Assembly (NCBI GenBank): GCA_965205865.1
Contig: CBDBHR010000030.1
Span: 544,001-608,000 of the forward strand
Reading direction: 5' to 3'
Source: a bacterium
GTDB taxonomy: Bacteria > SAR324 > NAC60-12
Length of the DNA: 64,000 nt
Part shown: in pieces, positions 59,699 through 64,000 of the stretch
Layout of the letters: each line of letters begins with the position of its first letter
Position numbering within the stretch: the first letter of the stretch is position 1
The notes under the pieces: model-generated
Told to the model about the DNA's origin: nothing
What the model saw: only the letters and a program-made list of their open reading frames with translations
The model's database searches: none
Position numbers and translations under genes: made by a program

Positions 59699-60978
59699 CC
59701 CCACCCCTGATGTTGTTGCCACACGCGAAATCGTGAGAAATGGAGCTGCAATGCCTGCTCAAAGCTCGATTGTACATCCCAGGAAACGACAAAAATTCCC
59801 TGTTGCAGCAATTTTTGCGCGACCAGAGTTTGTTCGATTTTTGCGACACGCCTGACCATCGATTGCTGGCGGATCGTGGAATGCTCCTCCAGCAGCGTGG
59901 CCGTGAAATCCGTCAATACCACCATCAGCTGATACCCCCGCGCCCGCAAACGAATGAGGGCGGAAATATCCTCGAGACGGAGAGGGCTGATGAGAATAAT
60001 TTGGGAATGGGGTGGAAAAAATCGAGTGGGAATGTTTTCCATTTTTTGAAATACCTGGTGCGTTCCTTCTCTGGCATTGCTCAGGGAATGGAATATTTTC
60101 TCCCGTTGGTATTTTCCATATCCCGGGAGAGTCCATTTCACGATCGTTCCGTAGATGAGCAGACCCACCCGATTTCCCCCGGACAGCAACGAGTCCGCCA
60201 AAGTGGCAGTCGCGTCCACTGCGTAGCTCAGGTAGCGGGATTGGGGATGCCGGGGGTAGCGAGCTTCTCGCTCATCGAGGATCAGGCCAATATCCGCAAC
60301 CCGTTCCTGTTCATAAGTATTGGTGAAGAACAACTCGGGGTTTCTGGCGCAGGCGTGCCAATTGATGCGGCGCAAAGAGTCACCGGGTTGGTATTCCCGC
60401 ACTTCAAAAAACTGGGTGCCCGCGCCCTGTACGCGGGATGGGTTGACTCCGAGCCTCTGCAAGGGACGATTCAAAGGCAATGGTATTTTTCTCAGTTTAT
60501 CGACTTTGGGCAAGACAATCAGATTTTTGGAATGGCACAGATTGGCGACTTTCCTGCGGAGGTGAAAGTGATCAAAGACGGTAACGGTCATGGCGCTGAA
60601 ATTGAATTCTCCCGGTTTGACCTCGACCGTATAGACCAATTCGATCGTTTCTCCGCTTTCAAAGGTTGTCGACATTTGGAGATTTCCCTCGACCAACTCG
60701 ATATTTTCGGGAAGCAAATCCTCGATATGCGCTTCTTCCAACCGTCCGGCGCCGCGATTGGTAATCCGGTTTGTGACTGTCACTCGATCCCCACGGAGGG
60801 CGCGGTTGTCGCTCAGTGTTCTTTGCAAAGATAAATCGATGGCGGAAGGGAAGCGCAGTATACTCGAGGCGATATACAAGGCATAAGGCAGCGCGGCTGC
60901 CAGGAGAAGAGATTCGCGAGCAAATATCCCGGCAAGGGCGAGCAGATAGAAGATCAGAATGACGATTTGCAGGTTCAT
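59695..60978 (-). CDS. DUF58 domain protein
   Basis: FFEVREYQPGDSLRRINWHACAR; follows MoxR. Confidence 0.9.
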   Translation of the reverse strand: MNLQIVILIFYLLALAGIFARESLLLAAALPYALYIASSILRFPSAIDLSLQRTLSDNRALRGDRVTVTNRITNRGAGRLEEAHIEDLLPENIELVEGNLQMSTTFESGETIELVYTVEVKPGEFNFSAMTVTVFDHFHLRRKVANLCHSKNLIVLPKVDKLRKIPLPLNRPLQRLGVNPSRVQGAGTQFFEVREYQPGDSLRRINWHACARNPELFFTNTYEQERVADIGLILDEREARYPRHPQSRYLSYAVDATATLADSLLSGGNRVGLLIYGTIVKWTLPGYGKYQREKIFHSLSNAREGTHQVFQKMENIPTRFFPPHSQIILISPLRLEDISALIRLRARGYQLMVVLTDFTATLLEEHSTIRQQSMVRRVAKIEQTLVAQKLLQQGIFVVSWDVQSSFEQALQLHFSRFRVWQQHQGWG

Positions 60979-61928
60979 TACAGAGGCTGATTGATCACGG
61001 GAACCGGAATTTTTTGAAGGATCCGACTGATCACTTGACGATCCGCAAATTTACTCGACCAGAGCTGGGGTACCAGCAACAGCCGGTGGGCCAGTGATTC
61101 GACGGCAAATTGCTTGATGTCGTCGGGGATGACATAATCTCTCCCCTGTTGGCAGGCCCAGGCTCGGGCTGATTTGAAAAGAGCCAGTGAACCTCGCGGG
61201 CTGGCGCCGATGGTCACCTGAGTATCTATGCGCGTTTCCCGCACGATTTGCACGATGTATTTTTCCAAATCCGCATCCAGAAAAACGTCCTCGATGATAT
61301 GACGGGCAGCTATCAACTCGGCCCGGCTGGTTTTTTGATGAATGGTCACTTGTTCCTGTTTGCGAAGTTTTCGATTTTGCAGAATCATCTGCTCCACCTC
61401 GAGGGTAGGATAACCGACTCTCAATCGCATCAGGAATCGATCCAACTGGGCTTCCGGGAGCGGGAAGGTGCCTTCGAACTCTATTGGATTCTGCGTGGCC
61501 AGGACGATGAATGGTTCCGGCAACGGCATTCTTTCGCCTTCCAAGGTCACCTGACCCTCTTCCATGGCTTCCAGGAGAGCTGATTGGGTTTTGGGGGATG
61601 CTCGATTGATTTCGTCTGCCAGGATGACGTTGCTGAAAATCGGGCCTTTGTGAACATCAAACTGTCCCCGCTCCCTGTTGAAAATATACCCTCCCACAAT
61701 ATCGCTGGGGAGCAGATCGGGTGTGAATTGTATCCTGCGAAATTCCAGGCCCAAAGCTGCCGCCATACTGCGGACCAAGGTGGTTTTTCCCAATCCGGGA
61801 TTGTCCTCGAAAAGCACGTGCCCGTTGACCAAAATGGCGGTCATGACCATTTCCAGCAACTGCCGTTTCCCCAGAATCGCATGTTCCACTTCATCAATGA
61901 CACGCTTGCTCAGTTCGTCGATTTTCAT
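60978..61928 (-). CDS. moxR: MoxR-family AAA+ ATPase
   Basis: PGLGKT, RIQFTPDLLPSD, DEINRASPKTQSALLEAM and ATQNPIEFEGTFPLPEAQLDRF. Confidence 0.95.
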   Translation of the reverse strand: MKIDELSKRVIDEVEHAILGKRQLLEMVMTAILVNGHVLFEDNPGLGKTTLVRSMAAALGLEFRRIQFTPDLLPSDIVGGYIFNRERGQFDVHKGPIFSNVILADEINRASPKTQSALLEAMEEGQVTLEGERMPLPEPFIVLATQNPIEFEGTFPLPEAQLDRFLMRLRVGYPTLEVEQMILQNRKLRKQEQVTIHQKTSRAELIAARHIIEDVFLDADLEKYIVQIVRETRIDTQVTIGASPRGSLALFKSARAWACQQGRDYVIPDDIKQFAVESLAHRLLLVPQLWSSKFADRQVISRILQKIPVPVINQPL

Positions 61929-62367
61929 GGCTTTCCCATAGACCAGGTTCGGTTGAATGTAAGATTGAAGAAAAACCGGGGACGCGGACTCGATTCGTCA
62001 CTCTGGTTTCGAGGTGGATAGCGTTGGACTTGTTCCACGTCGCCGAATTCCGCAACGATGACATCGGACTTGTTTTTTATTCCTGAAATATCGAATGATA
62101 GCAAAGGCATAATTCTGTCGGAATTCGATATTGGGTAGCGCCCCGTGATTTTCTATTTTAGTCACCCTGGATCGCCAGCAAAGTGGATTGCTGGTCTTCG
62201 CCAGGAATGACAACTCGATGAGACGCATAACTGCAAAAATCGCGCACCTAACATCAGTTAATAGCACAAGGTCGATAGTGATGGAATGGACAGGGAAGAA
62301 AAAATATGATATCAGCAATAATTGAACGGAAAAAAAACGTATCGCACCTGTATGAAGGGCACTGTCG

Positions 62368-63816
62368 ATGAGCAAATCAACACACATTCAAGAGATTGCG
62401 CAACAACGGGAAAGTTGGCTTCAAGCGATTTGGGCGCACCAAGTGTTCGATAAAAAAAATCTGCGAAGCACTGATGGAGAAAAGATCGAAATCGGCTTTC
62501 CCGGATGGCTCAATAAAGGGGTTGGCCCGGATTTTCACGATGCGCAGATTGTGATAGGTGACAGGCAATTTCATGGATCGGTGGAGGTGCATCTACAATC
62601 CTCTGCCTGGCATACTCACAAGCATCAGCAAAACCCCGCGTACAATTCCGTGATATTACATATTGTGCTCGATCAGAATACTTTCCGGCCCATCGAGAGA
62701 GAAGATGGGATTGCCGTTGCCGAGTTGGAACTTCGCGCGCGCTTGCGCAAGAATGTACTCTCGATGCTCGCAGACGAAAACGAATTGTTGGAACGATATG
62801 ACCATTTGCCCGGACGTTGTGGAATGATGGTGATGGAATGGGGGGCCATGCCACTCGAGCAACTGTTGGGACATGCGGCAGAAAACCGCATGCAGCGTAA
62901 AGTCGACCGGGTTATGCAGCAGTGGGACGGCCATGCACCGGAACAACTGCTATTTCAATTGATCTTCAAAACACTGGGCTATAGCAGCCATTCCCATTCC
63001 TTTGAAGAATTGGCCCAATTGCATCCGATCTCGGAACTGTACCCCTTGCTGCAACAACCCTATCGCGTGGCAAGAACGGAGATTTTGTCACGCTGGTTTG
63101 GGGCTTGTGATCTTTTTTCAAGAAAGAGTCCCCGTTTCGTCCACTCGACGTTGCGAAAAGAATACCATCAGTGGCAAGAAACCTGGCAACGGCAGTCCTC
63201 GAAACAAAAAATTGCCGGGAAATTCGTGATGACGTCTCGTCCGCAAAATTTACCGGAGCGCCGTTTGATCGGAATGTTTCATCACCTCTACCGTCTGAGT
63301 ACGGAGGGATTGTTGAAAGGCTGGTTGAAAGTCTTAACGGAACTGGAAAGCCTTTCGGCGGAAACTTCATTGAAGAAAAAGACCCTGGAACGAACCTCGG
63401 AATTGTTTGCCACGCCCGATTGGGAAATATGGCAATCCTTTCTGGGTTTGCCAACTTCTCATAGTTCCTCCAGCGCCCAGTTGATCGGGAAAGATCGACA
63501 GCTCGTTATCTGGGCCAATGCGATCATTCCTTTTTTTCTGGCATATGCCCGCCATGAAAAATGGATCGCCTTGGAAAAACTGCTTTTCCGTCTCTTCCTC
63601 GTCCTTCCTGCGGAATCGGCCAACCACCGAACACGTTTCATGGAAAAAAGACTGTTGCCATTTCCTGCGATTACCCTGAAACACAAAACCCTTCGCATTC
63701 AACAGGGATTACTGCAAATCCATCAGGATTTTTGCCAGAGTTTCGATCAAGGCTGCCGACAATGCCAATTGCTTCATTTTCTTGAACAATTTCATCGCGA
63801 TCAGCCCTCCTGCTGA
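62368..63816 (+). CDS. DUF2851 family protein
   Basis: ESWLQAIW, GPDF, GSVEVH, HKHQQNPAYNSVILH, RPQNLPERR and QQGLLQI...C..C..C. Confidence 0.85.
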   Translation: MSKSTHIQEIAQQRESWLQAIWAHQVFDKKNLRSTDGEKIEIGFPGWLNKGVGPDFHDAQIVIGDRQFHGSVEVHLQSSAWHTHKHQQNPAYNSVILHIVLDQNTFRPIEREDGIAVAELELRARLRKNVLSMLADENELLERYDHLPGRCGMMVMEWGAMPLEQLLGHAAENRMQRKVDRVMQQWDGHAPEQLLFQLIFKTLGYSSHSHSFEELAQLHPISELYPLLQQPYRVARTEILSRWFGACDLFSRKSPRFVHSTLRKEYHQWQETWQRQSSKQKIAGKFVMTSRPQNLPERRLIGMFHHLYRLSTEGLLKGWLKVLTELESLSAETSLKKKTLERTSELFATPDWEIWQSFLGLPTSHSSSSAQLIGKDRQLVIWANAIIPFFLAYARHEKWIALEKLLFRLFLVLPAESANHRTRFMEKRLLPFPAITLKHKTLRIQQGLLQIHQDFCQSFDQGCRQCQLLHFLEQFHRDQPSC

Positions 63817-63869
63817 TTCCGGAATCCTCCAATGGAGCAACCATGGCTCCGTCAAGGAGGATCCGGGAA
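63817..63869. terminator. Hairpin between convergent genes
   Basis: TTCCGGAATCCTCC...GGAGC/GCTCC...GGAGGATCCGGGAA imperfect inverted repeat. Confidence 0.4.
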
Positions 63870-63879
63870 AGCGACAGAA

Positions 63880-64000
63880 TCAAACCTCTGCGACTTCTTC
63901 CGAAATTTCAGGAGCTTGCGGGGCTTCCGAAATTTCAGGAGTTTGCAAAGTTTGCGGGGCTTTCGGGGCTTCCGAAATTTCAGGAGTTTGCAAAGTTTGC
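63880..64000 (-). CDS. 3' end of a gene entering from the right edge, built from 9-bp tandem modules
   Basis: Open frame QTLQTPEISEAPKAPQTLQTPEISEAPQAPEISEEVAEV* ending at TGA 63882-63880. Confidence 0.5.
   Translation of the reverse strand, partial: QTLQTPEISEAPKAPQTLQTPEISEAPQAPEISEEVAEV

Overview
Bacterial chromosomal window, mostly intact housekeeping genes: fusA (runs off the left edge), rnpB, murI-like, smc, xseB, rne, selA, proA, adk, lepA, aroK, cobA-hemD, three tRNAs, glcDEF, MoxR/DUF58 and DUF2851. The EF-G subtype and a tRNA-Arg(GCG) loosely suggest a deltaproteobacterial-type lineage, but this is inference only. An accessory stretch (about 18.7-45.3 kb) has three parts: (i) a tightly coupled three-gene cassette (TIGR04255-like protein, HEAT-repeat protein, and a small protein with an ADP-ribosyltransferase-toxin-like motif) bounded by a perfect 19-bp inverted repeat and a transposase remnant, which is the best candidate for an undescribed defence or toxin-antitoxin system; (ii) a partly decayed Wzx/Wzy polysaccharide locus led by a NusG paralogue; (iii) a toxin-antitoxin islet (HicAB, plus DUF433/DUF5615 broken by an IS1595-family element). 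A GC-rich palindromic repeat family forms two composite tandem arrays, is the target of an IS630, and sits in frame inside murI, rne and selA; a second palindrome family sits in frame in glcE. Several orphan copies of gene 3' ends (fusA, an epimerase, a Nudix-like gene) mark cassette junctions. All family calls are by eye from motifs; no searches were run.
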